IMG/VR virus record: IMGVR_UViG_3300042261_002385
Coordinates: 1-64,000 of that record
Length of the DNA: 64,000 nucleotides
Direction: 5' to 3' (one strand)
Part shown: positions 18,967-29,160 of the stretch, one piece after another
How the letters are laid out: each line of letters starts with the position of its first letter
Position numbering within the stretch: position 1 is the stretch's first letter
Position numbers and translations under genes: made by a program
The notes under the pieces: generated by a model
Databases searched by the model: none
What the model saw: the letters and a program-made list of their open reading frames with translations, nothing else
What the model was told of the DNA's origin: nothing

Positions 18967-19758
18967 TTATGTTTTATACTTATCCTTTATCTCATTCATT
19001 TTATTTATGAGTGTAAAATCATCAGTATATTCAATATTAAATTGTAGATTAGGTTTTCTAAAATGATGTATTCTAAGTTTATAGTCATCAATTCTATATT
19101 TCGAATCTATTAGCTCTTGTAAAGTCGCCTCTGTTCTACCTTCAATAAGTCTTAAATAATGAACATGAACGGCTTCATCCATTTTACTAGAAATGACTAA
19201 AGACTTATATCGGTTAAGTCCATATTCTTTAAATTTTAAAGAATCCCATCTTTTACTTGTTCTTTTATTTGTAGTATACCAATCACCTAATTCATAACCG
19301 TCATCTAAAACATCAAATGAATTTATAACTAATTGGTCTATGTTTCTATTTTTTAACTCATTTTCTATCGTAGTAGATATTTTCTCATCTAAATTAGATA
19401 CTAAAAATTCATCGACATCTACAAAAACTGATATTGCATCTGGATTTATAGACTTCACAATATTATTACCACTTGTAAAAGACCTTCTAATTCTATCACT
19501 AAGAGTTACATCTCCATGGTAAGACTCCGAATTTTTACAGTTTTCAAAAGAATATACATTGCCAAATCCATCAGACTTATTGATTATAATATTTATATTG
19601 TAAGAATCGCTTATTAATTTCATCTTCTCTACGGTATCGTCTTCAGATGAATCATCATACATTATAAAAGTGTCAAAACCTTGTTCATGGTGATATAATA
19701 ACCAATCTTTAATTCTATCAGATTGGTCTTTGAGTTGTGTTATAATTACATTTTTCAT
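18967..19758 (-). CDS. GT92/GT2-like glycosyltransferase
   Basis: WLLYHHEQGFDTFIMYDDSSED; FVDVDEFL. Confidence 0.7.
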   Translation of the reverse strand: MKNVIITQLKDQSDRIKDWLLYHHEQGFDTFIMYDDSSEDDTVEKMKLISDSYNINIIINKSDGFGNVYSFENCKNSESYHGDVTLSDRIRRSFTSGNNIVKSINPDAISVFVDVDEFLVSNLDEKISTTIENELKNRNIDQLVINSFDVLDDGYELGDWYTTNKRTSKRWDSLKFKEYGLNRYKSLVISSKMDEAVHVHYLRLIEGRTEATLQELIDSKYRIDDYKLRIHHFRKPNLQFNIEYTDDFTLINKMNEIKDKYKT

Positions 19759-20618
19759 AAATTTTTTTCCTTTAATTTTATATTGTTAAAAATTAATTCA
19801 CATCTTTTTTCGAAAGAATGGTTTTCTAATACATATTCACTAGCTCTTTTTGCGATATCTTCTCGTTCTTGTTCGTTTTCAAGATAATATTTTATCTTTT
19901 TTGATAAATCATCATCTGAATAATAAAACATTTTTGAAACGTCTTCATTATAATCTACAAACTTGTGAAAATTCTCGTTGTAGTTTGTAAGCATGAATGA
20001 ACCAGCTGCTATTATTTCAAAATATTTACTATTCATGTCGTAAGACATAGATAAATTAAAACATATTTTTGTTCTTTGCATCTCCTTTATGTAGTCATCA
20101 CCAAAAGCCATAAGGTGTTCAATTCCAAATTTTTCACACATAATTTTTCTTTCCGGAATCATTCCACCAATCAAAGCCAAATCTCTAGTTTTTTCACTAA
20201 TGTATCTTGGTCCATAATGTATTTTAGAAACCGCTAATGGCATCCAAAACGAATTAGGTAAATTATATCTCTCAAAATCTTCTTTGTTATTAAATGCGAC
20301 AAAGTCAATTTTACCCTGTTGAATAAATGGTCTATAATCAACAATGTGAGTATCTATTGCCCAGAACAATTTTGGTGTTTTAATCTTGCTCCAATCCCAC
20401 CATTTCCAATCACTATATGTCCAATAATTCTCAGTAATAATAACTAAATCATACAGATGTGCTACAAATGGAATTTCTATTTCTGATTTCTCACCATTTG
20501 GTCCATAAACATCACACTCATGTCCTAAATTTCTTAATGCATAACAGAACTCATAACCTTCTTTCCAATCAGAGTGTGGTTTACCCGCTAGTAATATATC
20601 AGCTACTAATATTTTCAT
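19755..20618 (-). CDS. CgeB-like GT-B glycosyltransferase
   Basis: FWAIDTH; KICFNLSMSYDMNSKYFEIIAAGSFMLT; YYLENEQEREDIA. Confidence 0.75.
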   Translation of the reverse strand: MKILVADILLAGKPHSDWKEGYEFCYALRNLGHECDVYGPNGEKSEIEIPFVAHLYDLVIITENYWTYSDWKWWDWSKIKTPKLFWAIDTHIVDYRPFIQQGKIDFVAFNNKEDFERYNLPNSFWMPLAVSKIHYGPRYISEKTRDLALIGGMIPERKIMCEKFGIEHLMAFGDDYIKEMQRTKICFNLSMSYDMNSKYFEIIAAGSFMLTNYNENFHKFVDYNEDVSKMFYYSDDDLSKKIKYYLENEQEREDIAKRASEYVLENHSFEKRCELIFNNIKLKEKNL

Positions 20619-20631
20619 ATTTTCTTTTATT

Positions 20632-21360
20632 TTATATTATTGTAACTCCTCTATGTTTTACAACCTCGGAAGCACATTTATTAGCAAAAATTATCGATTT
20701 ATGAATATCTCCACTTTTGAGAAATTCTATAACTAAACCCGACATAAAGCTATCACCAGCACCTGATGTATCTTTAACTTCTACTCTGTCAACTTTGTAT
20801 TTTTTTCCATTGAACTCACAACCATCACCACCCATTGTGTGTATTATTTTATGAGAAAATTCGTCTGTGATAAAATCTTTTGACTTATTGAACTCAAAAT
20901 CATTTATTTTGATAAATTTACAATCTTTTATCCAATTACCTAATATTTTTTTAGTATCAACAAAAACATTATCATGTTTAGCTGAAATAGATTGTATATC
21001 ACTTTCAGTAAGAAAACCCTTATTATAATCTGATATAACAATAATATCATAATCATAATTTATTTTTGATAAATCTATTCTTTCTATTTTATCATTTGAA
21101 TCAACTCTGAAAAACATATGGTTTGATTGGTCATGAACATATCTTGTTTTAGTAATATTATACCAATTATAGTTAGTAATTATGTCACACTCAATATATT
21201 GTTCTATATTTCTTTGAACGTTTTTCGCCATTCCTCCATTTTCTTGTTGATTTATAACATTCAATACAGGAACTGGTGCATCAGGACACAATCTATGAGC
21301 ATTACAGTAAACAAAAATGTCCCTACAACTTTCACCAATTATCAAAACTCTCTTCTTCAT
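20632..21360 (-). CDS. PfkB-family sugar kinase, HldE/RfaE1 heptose-kinase-like
   Basis: IIGESCRD...RLCPDAPVPV, GGMAKNV, SDYNKG and DTSGAGDSF motifs. Confidence 0.8.
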   Translation of the reverse strand: MKKRVLIIGESCRDIFVYCNAHRLCPDAPVPVLNVINQQENGGMAKNVQRNIEQYIECDIITNYNWYNITKTRYVHDQSNHMFFRVDSNDKIERIDLSKINYDYDIIVISDYNKGFLTESDIQSISAKHDNVFVDTKKILGNWIKDCKFIKINDFEFNKSKDFITDEFSHKIIHTMGGDGCEFNGKKYKVDRVEVKDTSGAGDSFMSGLVIEFLKSGDIHKSIIFANKCASEVVKHRGVTII

Positions 21361-21361
21361 T

Positions 21362-22420
21362 TTAAATAGTTTCTTTATCTTTTAGCAAGCTTTCAACTGT
21401 TTCTTTTGGTCCAAAATTTAATTCTTCAAAAGATAACTCTTCATTTAGTCGTTCTTTTCCAAAAATCTCTAAAATTCTATTAGCGATAGTGACCTTTGTA
21501 GGATAGTAGTGTTTTGTTAAATGATGAGATGTCGGAACTGGAACATTTGGTGCGGATACTTTACAGGGCTTATACTTAAGACTATCAAAAACTTCTGTAG
21601 TTATGTTTGATATTATTTCAGAACCAATACTAAACGCATCATTGCAAGTATCAACGGTCAGAATTCTACCAGTTTTCTTGACTGATTTGATTATAGAATC
21701 ATAGTCAATAGGATTCACACTTACTAAATCAATCAACTCAACATCAATACCAGTATTTTTAATCATATCAACCGCCTTCATTGAATCTATCAATCCATCA
21801 CCATAAGCGACAACAGTTATATCATTTCCCTCACAAACCACATTTACTTTGTCTAACGGTTTCTTAAAGTATTCTGTTGAAACATTCTGTTTCATTCCTT
21901 TTAACCATAGATGTTCTAAAATAATTACAGGGTTGTTATCCTCGACAGCTGATATTAATAAACCTTTGGCCATTTCGGGTGTCGATGGAATTACACATTT
22001 TAAACCAGTCGTGTTTCCAAACATCGAGTATAAAGACTGCGAGTGCTGAGGTCCAGTTCCCCATTGTCTTCCTACAACCAATCTAATTACAATTGGAACC
22101 GGATTATCACCCCCAAAACTGTAATTCCATTTAGAAGCCTGTGTTAAGTATGAATCAGCAGCGAATAGTCCAAATTCAACTCTATCATGATGTATTATAG
22201 GCCTCAAACCACCCAGAGCAGCACCAACACAGGCCATAGTTGTCGAAAATTCAGAGTTTGGAGTATCAAAAACTCTATCGGGGTGTATATTTTTCAAACC
22301 TGGAGCTGATACATAATTAGCACCTAATCCCATTATAAAGACTCTTGGGTCATTTTCAATTGATTGATGGATAGCTTCTTTTATAGCATCTCCGTAAGTA
22401 ATTTCTCTTTTATCTTTCAT
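21362..22420 (-). CDS. ThDP-dependent E1 beta-like subunit
   Basis: DTPNSE, GPQHSQ and DLVSVNPID motifs; start reassigned to ATG 22420 (MKDKREITY). Confidence 0.85.
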   Translation of the reverse strand: MKDKREITYGDAIKEAIHQSIENDPRVFIMGLGANYVSAPGLKNIHPDRVFDTPNSEFSTTMACVGAALGGLRPIIHHDRVEFGLFAADSYLTQASKWNYSFGGDNPVPIVIRLVVGRQWGTGPQHSQSLYSMFGNTTGLKCVIPSTPEMAKGLLISAVEDNNPVIILEHLWLKGMKQNVSTEYFKKPLDKVNVVCEGNDITVVAYGDGLIDSMKAVDMIKNTGIDVELIDLVSVNPIDYDSIIKSVKKTGRILTVDTCNDAFSIGSEIISNITTEVFDSLKYKPCKVSAPNVPVPTSHHLTKHYYPTKVTIANRILEIFGKERLNEELSFEELNFGPKETVESLLKDKETI

Positions 22421-23393
22421 AAACATCTTCGTATAAATCTTTTTTATCAGGATCAACATCCAGTTCACACTCTCTAATAGTGGATTTTATATAGTCTAAA
22501 ACTTCACTTTTGATTTGATTAATTTCATTTTTACCACCTAAATCAATAATTTGATTTTCTATTTTGACAAGTGGACAATTTTCAACTCTATTATGAAAAT
22601 TATCATCTTCACTTCGATACCAAGAAATTTTATCTTTATCATCAAATAAAGGCGAACTATGTGACATATGTCTATAAACAAAACATTCCAACACAACAGG
22701 TAGATTGTTTTCTTTAATACTTTCAATTGCTAATTTTGTGGTATTAAAAACACTAAAGTAATCATTTCCATCAGCTTTAAAATAGTTAGCACCTAAACCA
22801 TTTACTATTGTTTTGACATCATAATTTGTAGATCTTCTATCTTTTATAACACTATTTATAGAATAGCTGTTATTTTCAACAATTATCAATAGAGGTAAAT
22901 TGAAAAGACTTGAAAAATTTAGACTCTCGTAAACAATTCCTTCTTCTGAAGCTCCATCACCTAAAAAACAGACCACAATATTATCAGTTTTGTTAAATTT
23001 TTCACTTAGAGCTAGACCAGATGCTAATCCAGTAACACTTCCCAAAATTGGTGTGCTACCCATAAAATTTACACTTTTGTCAATCATGTGCATTGAGCCA
23101 CCTTTACCTGAACAACATCCGGTTTTTTTACCTAACATTTCAGCAATCATTCCTTTTAAACTCCCTCCTTTTGCAAGATAATGACCATGTGAACGGTGAT
23201 TTCCTAGAACTTTATCATCATGTTTAAGATTGTCACAAACTCCAGCCGCAATAGCCTCTTGTCCAACGTAAAAGTGTACAATACTAAAAATTTTATTATC
23301 GATATAATACTTTGCCATTTCCTCTTCAGCAGACCTGATTAGAAATAAGTTCTTATAAATTTTTAGCAAAGAATCTAATTTTTTTTCTTCCAT
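22410..23393 (-). CDS. ThDP-dependent E1 alpha-like subunit
   Basis: HFYVGQEA, HRSHGHYLA, GKGGSMH and GDGASEEG...VENN motifs. Confidence 0.9.
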   Translation of the reverse strand: MEEKKLDSLLKIYKNLFLIRSAEEEMAKYYIDNKIFSIVHFYVGQEAIAAGVCDNLKHDDKVLGNHRSHGHYLAKGGSLKGMIAEMLGKKTGCCSGKGGSMHMIDKSVNFMGSTPILGSVTGLASGLALSEKFNKTDNIVVCFLGDGASEEGIVYESLNFSSLFNLPLLIIVENNSYSINSVIKDRRSTNYDVKTIVNGLGANYFKADGNDYFSVFNTTKLAIESIKENNLPVVLECFVYRHMSHSSPLFDDKDKISWYRSEDDNFHNRVENCPLVKIENQIIDLGGKNEINQIKSEVLDYIKSTIRECELDVDPDKKDLYEDVYER

Positions 23394-23401
23394 ATTTTTT
23401 T

Positions 23402-24439
23402 TTATTTTTTATTTATATTTATCATTATACGACCAGCCTGTCCAGACTTTAATAAATCAAATGCTTCATTAATATTGTCTAAATTAAAAGTATGAGTTAT
23501 TAATTTTTCAAAATTCAATAATCCCATTTTGTGTAGTTTTATATATCTCGGTATATCTTCCGTAGGATTTGTCTTACCACCTTGAGTTGCCTTTATTGTT
23601 TGACCATTACCAGAGAAAAGTTTGTTAGCATTTGGTATATTAACACTTTTACCTGGTTTTGTTTGACCAACCAAAATTAGTCGACCATTACCAGACAATT
23701 TTGGAATTACTGACTCTAATACTGAAGAAATTCCAGTAGTTTCTATAATCACATCAATTGAACCATCTTTAATTAAGTCATTTATATCCAAATCTTTCAC
23801 ATTAAAATAGTCAGTCGCTCCGATTTCTTTAGAAATTTTTTCTTTTTCATTATTTACATCAATACCAATTATTGGATAAGCATTTGATAATTTAGCAGCT
23901 TCAATTAAATGAAGTCCAAGACCTCCACAACCAACAACCAAAACACTTTCTCCAAATTTCACTTGAGCTTCATTTGTAATAGTGCCCATTGCGGTCGTCA
24001 TAGCGCAACCTAATAAAGCACATAGCTCTTCTGGTGTATCAATAGGCACAGATGTTAGTCTATTTTCAGAGACTACTGAATACTCACTTATGGTTGTAAC
24101 TTTACCACTTGACATTTTTTTTCCATTAAAAGTGTAAGTTGGAAAATTCGATTCTATACCGTCTCCTTTTCTCCAGTGCATCACGACTTTATCACCAACT
24201 TTCACAGTTGTGACACCAGGTCCTATTTCTTCGACAATTCCACATCCCTCATGTCCCATCAAATGAGGAACAAAACCTGCGTTACCTTTTTCTCCAGCAA
24301 TTTCTTGTAGCTGAGCTCCACACAATCCACTTACAAGTATTTTGACTAAAACTTGACCAATTTGTAATTCCGTTGTTTGAATTACATCCACTGAGAGTGG
24401 TTTATTAATTTCAGTTAGAATGGCTGCTTTGAATTTCAT
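23402..24439 (-). CDS. Zn-dependent alcohol dehydrogenase (MDR family)
   Basis: GLCGAQ, GHEGCG and GCGGLG motifs; lacks the structural-Zn cysteine cluster. Confidence 0.85.
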   Translation of the reverse strand: MKFKAAILTEINKPLSVDVIQTTELQIGQVLVKILVSGLCGAQLQEIAGEKGNAGFVPHLMGHEGCGIVEEIGPGVTTVKVGDKVVMHWRKGDGIESNFPTYTFNGKKMSSGKVTTISEYSVVSENRLTSVPIDTPEELCALLGCAMTTAMGTITNEAQVKFGESVLVVGCGGLGLHLIEAAKLSNAYPIIGIDVNNEKEKISKEIGATDYFNVKDLDINDLIKDGSIDVIIETTGISSVLESVIPKLSGNGRLILVGQTKPGKSVNIPNANKLFSGNGQTIKATQGGKTNPTEDIPRYIKLHKMGLLNFEKLITHTFNLDNINEAFDLLKSGQAGRIMININKK

Positions 24440-24440
24440 T

Positions 24441-25121
24441 TTAATTAATTATTTTTTTTACGTATTTATAAATTGGAGTTTCCATAAACCCCTGTTTTCT
24501 AGCGTATCTATGTGCATAAGTTTGAGAATTTAAATTCAAAGAATCAATTATGAATAAAAAAGAACTCTCAATCAAGTGAGCTTCTTTGGCACATTCTATA
24601 ACTTTGATATAGTCAAAAATATTATCTGTAATATCTCTATTTGGTCTTATAATTCTAAGACCATTAGTTTGAAATTTACTAGTGTCAATTTGAAATCTAT
24701 CATCTTCGTGAACAAAAATATAATCCTGCCCATCGACCAAGTCAAAATAAGTAAATATTTTTTGTTCTCTATCAACATCTCTATCAAGTTTAAAATTAGA
24801 CCATCTAACTTCAAAATCAATTCTGAATTGGTTATAAAAGGATGCATCAAAATTTTCAGATTCCGATGAATACATATTATCAAATCCAACTATTATCACA
24901 TCATTCATATTCTTTGATTGTAAGAAATTGATAACGTCTGAGTCGGTTGGTAATGAGATAATACTTAAATTATTGAGGTCTCTATACATGAATTCAACAC
25001 TTTCTTTATTGTGTGGTTTACAAAACAAAGAAATATTTTCAAATTCACTAGCAAATTTCCTTACTAAACCATTACATATTATATGGTCGCCAAGTCCAAG
25101 ATGATGATAGATGTATTTCAT
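24441..25121 (-). CDS. putative glycosyltransferase-like protein
   Basis: HHLGLGDHIICNG N-terminus, ESSF motif, operon context. Confidence 0.55.
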   Translation of the reverse strand: MKYIYHHLGLGDHIICNGLVRKFASEFENISLFCKPHNKESVEFMYRDLNNLSIISLPTDSDVINFLQSKNMNDVIIVGFDNMYSSESENFDASFYNQFRIDFEVRWSNFKLDRDVDREQKIFTYFDLVDGQDYIFVHEDDRFQIDTSKFQTNGLRIIRPNRDITDNIFDYIKVIECAKEAHLIESSFLFIIDSLNLNSQTYAHRYARKQGFMETPIYKYVKKIIN

Positions 25122-25177
25122 TACATTTTTATTTTTTTATCATTCCGATTTCTTATGAATTTCAATGACATTTCAAA

Positions 25178-25855
25178 TTATCCGATTATATTTTTTATCA
25201 ATTTCCAATGGTCGGAATGTCTAACGTCATTTTCATCAAATATTTCACCAACGAATTCGTAATCAATTCTCTTAGTTGGAAAAGGTCTTATTTCTTGTCC
25301 AAATTTTAGATTGAACTCTGAATGCTCTAAAGATTTATCTTTGACAAATGGATAGATTACTTGACCTAAAAAATCTTGATCTATACCTTTTCTATGAAAT
25401 TGATTCCACTTTTCAATTGTTTGTGAAAAATTCACATTCCTTAATATACCATTTCGACATCCCCACATACCTCCCAGTATTGGAACAGTATGATATGGAT
25501 GATCTCTCATAATATGAAAGTCTTTATCTGATTCAAGCCACTCTTGTATGGCATTAAACTCTCTATCAGAAAACCTTGAATCACAATCTCTTGATAAATA
25601 TATGTCTACATCTGGTTCTTCAACAGCCCAGAATCTCCAGAACATACCATGAAATGAATCTTTTGATTTTACTAAAATCACTTCAACATTTTCGCCCTTT
25701 ATAGTGTCTATAAGTTCTTTATCAGAAGAATCATCTATGTAAAATCTACAAATCCAACCGGGAAAATATTTTGAAGCCAATTCTATATTTCTCAAAGCAC
25801 CAACCCAATACATAGGGTGATTGCCCCATAAAGAATAAGCAACTATATTTTTCAT
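25178..25855 (-). CDS. putative GT-A glycosyltransferase-like protein
   Basis: YSLWG, MFWRF, SRDCDSR (DxD), MRDHPYH and ILGGMWG motifs. Confidence 0.6.
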   Translation of the reverse strand: MKNIVAYSLWGNHPMYWVGALRNIELASKYFPGWICRFYIDDSSDKELIDTIKGENVEVILVKSKDSFHGMFWRFWAVEEPDVDIYLSRDCDSRFSDREFNAIQEWLESDKDFHIMRDHPYHTVPILGGMWGCRNGILRNVNFSQTIEKWNQFHRKGIDQDFLGQVIYPFVKDKSLEHSEFNLKFGQEIRPFPTKRIDYEFVGEIFDENDVRHSDHWKLIKNIIG

Positions 25856-26526
25856 TATATTTGGAAATCATTTTTTACAAAGACAGAATCCCACTGAATA
25901 TTTCCAAGAAGTCTATATCCTTTAGATTTTAAAAACTCTGTTTCTTTTTCTAATCCATAGTTGTTTTCTATAAGAAATAGTGTGATATCTACTTTATCAA
26001 AATTTATTGAATTTAGGACTTGTAGCTCAGCTCCTTCGACGTCAATTGATATAAAATCGATTGATTTTAAATCGTGTTTATCAAAAAGAGTCTCAAGTCT
26101 AACAGCCTTCATTGGAATTTCTTGACTTTTTGAAAAAAGTTCGTGGCCTTCGGGATATGATTTATACATTTCTAGCTCTCTATTAATTCTATCCAGATGT
26201 TGTGTATTGTAAAACTCCATAATACCACTAAGAACATTACAAGGACCTTCAATTGATAAAAAATTAATATCCATTTCTGTATCAGAAATAGCACAGTTTT
26301 CGAATACTGAATTAGGTCTTGGATGTTCATTTCTTTTGTTGTATTCTACTGGATTTGGTTCTATTAAAAGACCTTTCCAGTTTCTTTCTTTTTCAAAAAA
26401 CCAAGTATTAGAAGCTCCAAATCCATCAAGTGCTCCTACTTCTACGAAAACACCTTCAGTTTTACCTCTAAATATTTGTTGATCAAGAATTAAATCTTGT
26501 TGAATTTGTGATTTACTATTATTCAT
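25855..26526 (-). CDS. FkbM-family SAM methyltransferase
   Basis: FVEVGALDG, LLIEPNP and ISIDVEGAE motifs. Confidence 0.9.
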   Translation of the reverse strand: MNNSKSQIQQDLILDQQIFRGKTEGVFVEVGALDGFGASNTWFFEKERNWKGLLIEPNPVEYNKRNEHPRPNSVFENCAISDTEMDINFLSIEGPCNVLSGIMEFYNTQHLDRINRELEMYKSYPEGHELFSKSQEIPMKAVRLETLFDKHDLKSIDFISIDVEGAELQVLNSINFDKVDITLFLIENNYGLEKETEFLKSKGYRLLGNIQWDSVFVKNDFQI

Positions 26527-26530
26527 TTAT

Positions 26531-27358
26531 TTAGTCAAAAATTTTATACAAGAAAGATTTTATGTTTTCAATCTTATTATCTTCTGGAATATTATAGTCA
26601 TTGAACCAAGGTTGGTTTAACTTCTCCAAATATTTATCATCATTTTTATCAAGCTCAATTATGTATCCAATTAAGTCATCTTCACTATTAAAGTCATAAT
26701 AGTTTACAAAAGATTTAGTGTTAAACTCTTTACCAATTAGTGGATTACCCCAATATATTGGCATTGAATTGACTGTCATTGGTTCCATAATTTTTTCAGT
26801 AGTATAACCCGGATGCTCGGGTCTATACGCATTGTTTTCAAAAGATATTGTAAATTTATACTCTGATTGAAATTGTCTTTTATTTTGTACAGGTCCACCG
26901 ACGTTGTTCATAAATCTACCACCGGAATCAACTTTTTTATATTTTGATAACTTAGTAAAAAAACTATTTCTTCTGTCACAGTTACCATTTGAAACAACAA
27001 AATTGCAAAACTTTCTTTTTGCTAAATTCTTTTCTATCATTTTAGGATTTACTAAATCATAGTATCCATCATATAATAAATAATGTGGAAGACGATAATT
27101 TCTTGAATCATCTAAATAGTCAAAAGAAAAAGAGTAGTCACAATAATCTAAAGGTGGAGCAACGTTTTCTCCGGTATAGAATATTTTCTTACAATTGAGC
27201 TGTTGATGTTGATTACCAAATAAAGAAAAGAATAGATAGTCAGGATTATTTGAAATCTCAACGTCAAAATTTTCTTTAAGTAAATTATAAAAATAGTTGT
27301 CTGTTCTATTGAAACCTCCCCAAAAATCAGAGAAGTTTATTTTAATTTTTTTCTTCAT
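26531..27358 (-). CDS. GT10 alpha-1,3/4-fucosyltransferase-like
   Basis: YTGEN, RLPHY, FCNFVVSN, YKFTISFEN, YTTEKI and PIYWG motifs. Confidence 0.85.
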   Translation of the reverse strand: MKKKIKINFSDFWGGFNRTDNYFYNLLKENFDVEISNNPDYLFFSLFGNQHQQLNCKKIFYTGENVAPPLDYCDYSFSFDYLDDSRNYRLPHYLLYDGYYDLVNPKMIEKNLAKRKFCNFVVSNGNCDRRNSFFTKLSKYKKVDSGGRFMNNVGGPVQNKRQFQSEYKFTISFENNAYRPEHPGYTTEKIMEPMTVNSMPIYWGNPLIGKEFNTKSFVNYYDFNSEDDLIGYIIELDKNDDKYLEKLNQPWFNDYNIPEDNKIENIKSFLYKIFD

Positions 27359-27359
27359 A

Positions 27360-28061
27360 TTATACTAATATTCTTTTTTCAACTTCCATAAGTTTTCTTT
27401 TATTCCAAGTTATGTCATCCTCAGCCCATTTTGAATTATACGCTTGGTCAGCTTGGTCAGCATTTCTTTTACCAGCTGCATAATGAAGATGTTCAAATGT
27501 AGTCTCATCGTTTAATCTATCATCGTAAAGTAATCCTAAATCTTTTAAGTTCATGTATAACTCACAATCTGAGAACATATGATTATAAGCTGGATGATAT
27601 ATTGTCATATTTAGCTTTTTTAGACAACCATAAGTCATTATAGGTATAGTAATTGCAGCATGTAACATATTGGTAGAATCAGGTAGTTGATATCCATCTC
27701 TGACCATAAGCCCAACATCTCCTTTACCTTCTAATTTATTTACTAAATAAGTGTCCCAACCGTTGGGTGCTAAAAAATCATCTGATGCAAAAACAACTAT
27801 ATCACTATCATTACAACTTCCCATCTTGACACCTAAGTTTGAAGACAGTTGATATGATGGAAAACAAACTCCAATTTTGTTTGTATTGAGTGTAATAAGA
27901 AAATTATTTTTTAAATATTCTTTTAACTCAGAAGCATGTTGTTCCCAGTTGACAGCAACATAAGTCTGTATATTTTGTGGATTGTCAGCTCTCTTAATCC
28001 ATTCAGAGTGCATTTCTTTGAATTGAGCTGGTCTTAAAGTGCACCATAAGATATGTATCAT
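27360..28061 (-). CDS. putative GT2-like glycosyltransferase
   Basis: ASDDF DxD-like motif; YHPAYNHMFSDCEL; FEHLH. Confidence 0.6.
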   Translation of the reverse strand: MIHILWCTLRPAQFKEMHSEWIKRADNPQNIQTYVAVNWEQHASELKEYLKNNFLITLNTNKIGVCFPSYQLSSNLGVKMGSCNDSDIVVFASDDFLAPNGWDTYLVNKLEGKGDVGLMVRDGYQLPDSTNMLHAAITIPIMTYGCLKKLNMTIYHPAYNHMFSDCELYMNLKDLGLLYDDRLNDETTFEHLHYAAGKRNADQADQAYNSKWAEDDITWNKRKLMEVEKRILV

Positions 28062-29158
28062 AAGTCATTTTTAATTTTATTTACGAAATGTAAAGCACTT
28101 TCAATGACTTTGTGCATGTCGTAATATTTATATTCAGCTAATCTACCTCCGAAATAAACATTCGGAATGGTATCAGCTTCATTTTTATATTCTAAATATT
28201 TAGAATTGTTTTCTAAATCATTCACTGGATAATAAGGTTCTGTCTTAGTAGCAACATACTCTATTGGATACTCCCAAGATACCCAAGTTACTTCTGAATC
28301 AGAATTTTCAAAGTGTTTATGTTCTATTATTCTTGTCCAATCAACTTCATCACTGGTATAATTCATCATAGCTACTCCCTGATAATTATCGGCATAAAAT
28401 TTCTTGTGTTCAAATTTAGTTGTTTTATACTCTAATTCTCCAAATTTAAAATTAAAAAATGCATCTATTGGACCTGTATAGATAATTTTATCTGACAAAG
28501 AATCCCAGTGTTTTTTATTACTAAGGTAGTCTTCTTCTAATCGAACTTCAACTCCTTTGAGTAACTTATCAAATATTTGTGTATATCCACCGATTGGAAT
28601 TCCTTGGTATTTATCATTGAAGTAATTATTATCATACGTGAACCTCACCGGAAGTCTTTTAATTATCTCTTTTGGTAAATCTTTAGGATCTTTTTTCCAT
28701 TGTTTCTTTGTATAACCTTTAATTAATTTCTCATAAACGTCTCGACCTACAAGTTTAATTGCTTGTTCTTCAAGATTATTTGGATTATCTATTTCAGAAG
28801 ATTGTTTTTGAATTATGGATTTAGCTTCTTTTGGACTTGTCACACCCCATATTTTGTTGAATGTCCACATATTGAATGGTAAAGAATATAACTCACCATT
28901 GTAATTTGCTACTGGTCTTAAAGTGAAATTATTAAAGTCAACAAACTGATTTATCCAGTTCCAAACCTCATCATTAGATGTGTGAAAAATGTGAGGTCCA
29001 TAAGTATGTATATTTATATTGTCTCGGTTTTCTGTATAGCAATTACCGCCTATATGATTTCTTTTTTCTAGAACTAAACATTTTTTTCCTAACTTGTTTA
29101 ATTCATAAGCACATATTGAACCAAAAAATCCACTTCCAACAATTATAAAATCATACAT
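28058..29158 (-). CDS. glf: UDP-galactopyranose mutase
   Basis: GSGFFG, HIGGNCY, YGPHIFHT, YQGIP, TRIIEHKHF, PYYP and GRLAEYKYYDM motifs. Confidence 0.95.
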   Translation of the reverse strand: MYDFIIVGSGFFGSICAYELNKLGKKCLVLEKRNHIGGNCYTENRDNINIHTYGPHIFHTSNDEVWNWINQFVDFNNFTLRPVANYNGELYSLPFNMWTFNKIWGVTSPKEAKSIIQKQSSEIDNPNNLEEQAIKLVGRDVYEKLIKGYTKKQWKKDPKDLPKEIIKRLPVRFTYDNNYFNDKYQGIPIGGYTQIFDKLLKGVEVRLEEDYLSNKKHWDSLSDKIIYTGPIDAFFNFKFGELEYKTTKFEHKKFYADNYQGVAMMNYTSDEVDWTRIIEHKHFENSDSEVTWVSWEYPIEYVATKTEPYYPVNDLENNSKYLEYKNEADTIPNVYFGGRLAEYKYYDMHKVIESALHFVNKIKNDL

Positions 29159-29160
29159 AC

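Noticed and set aside
21362-23393. Pyruvate dehydrogenase as a central-metabolism auxiliary gene
   Set aside because: No E2 or E3 is present and the pair is embedded in sugar genes, so a sugar-branching role is more parsimonious.
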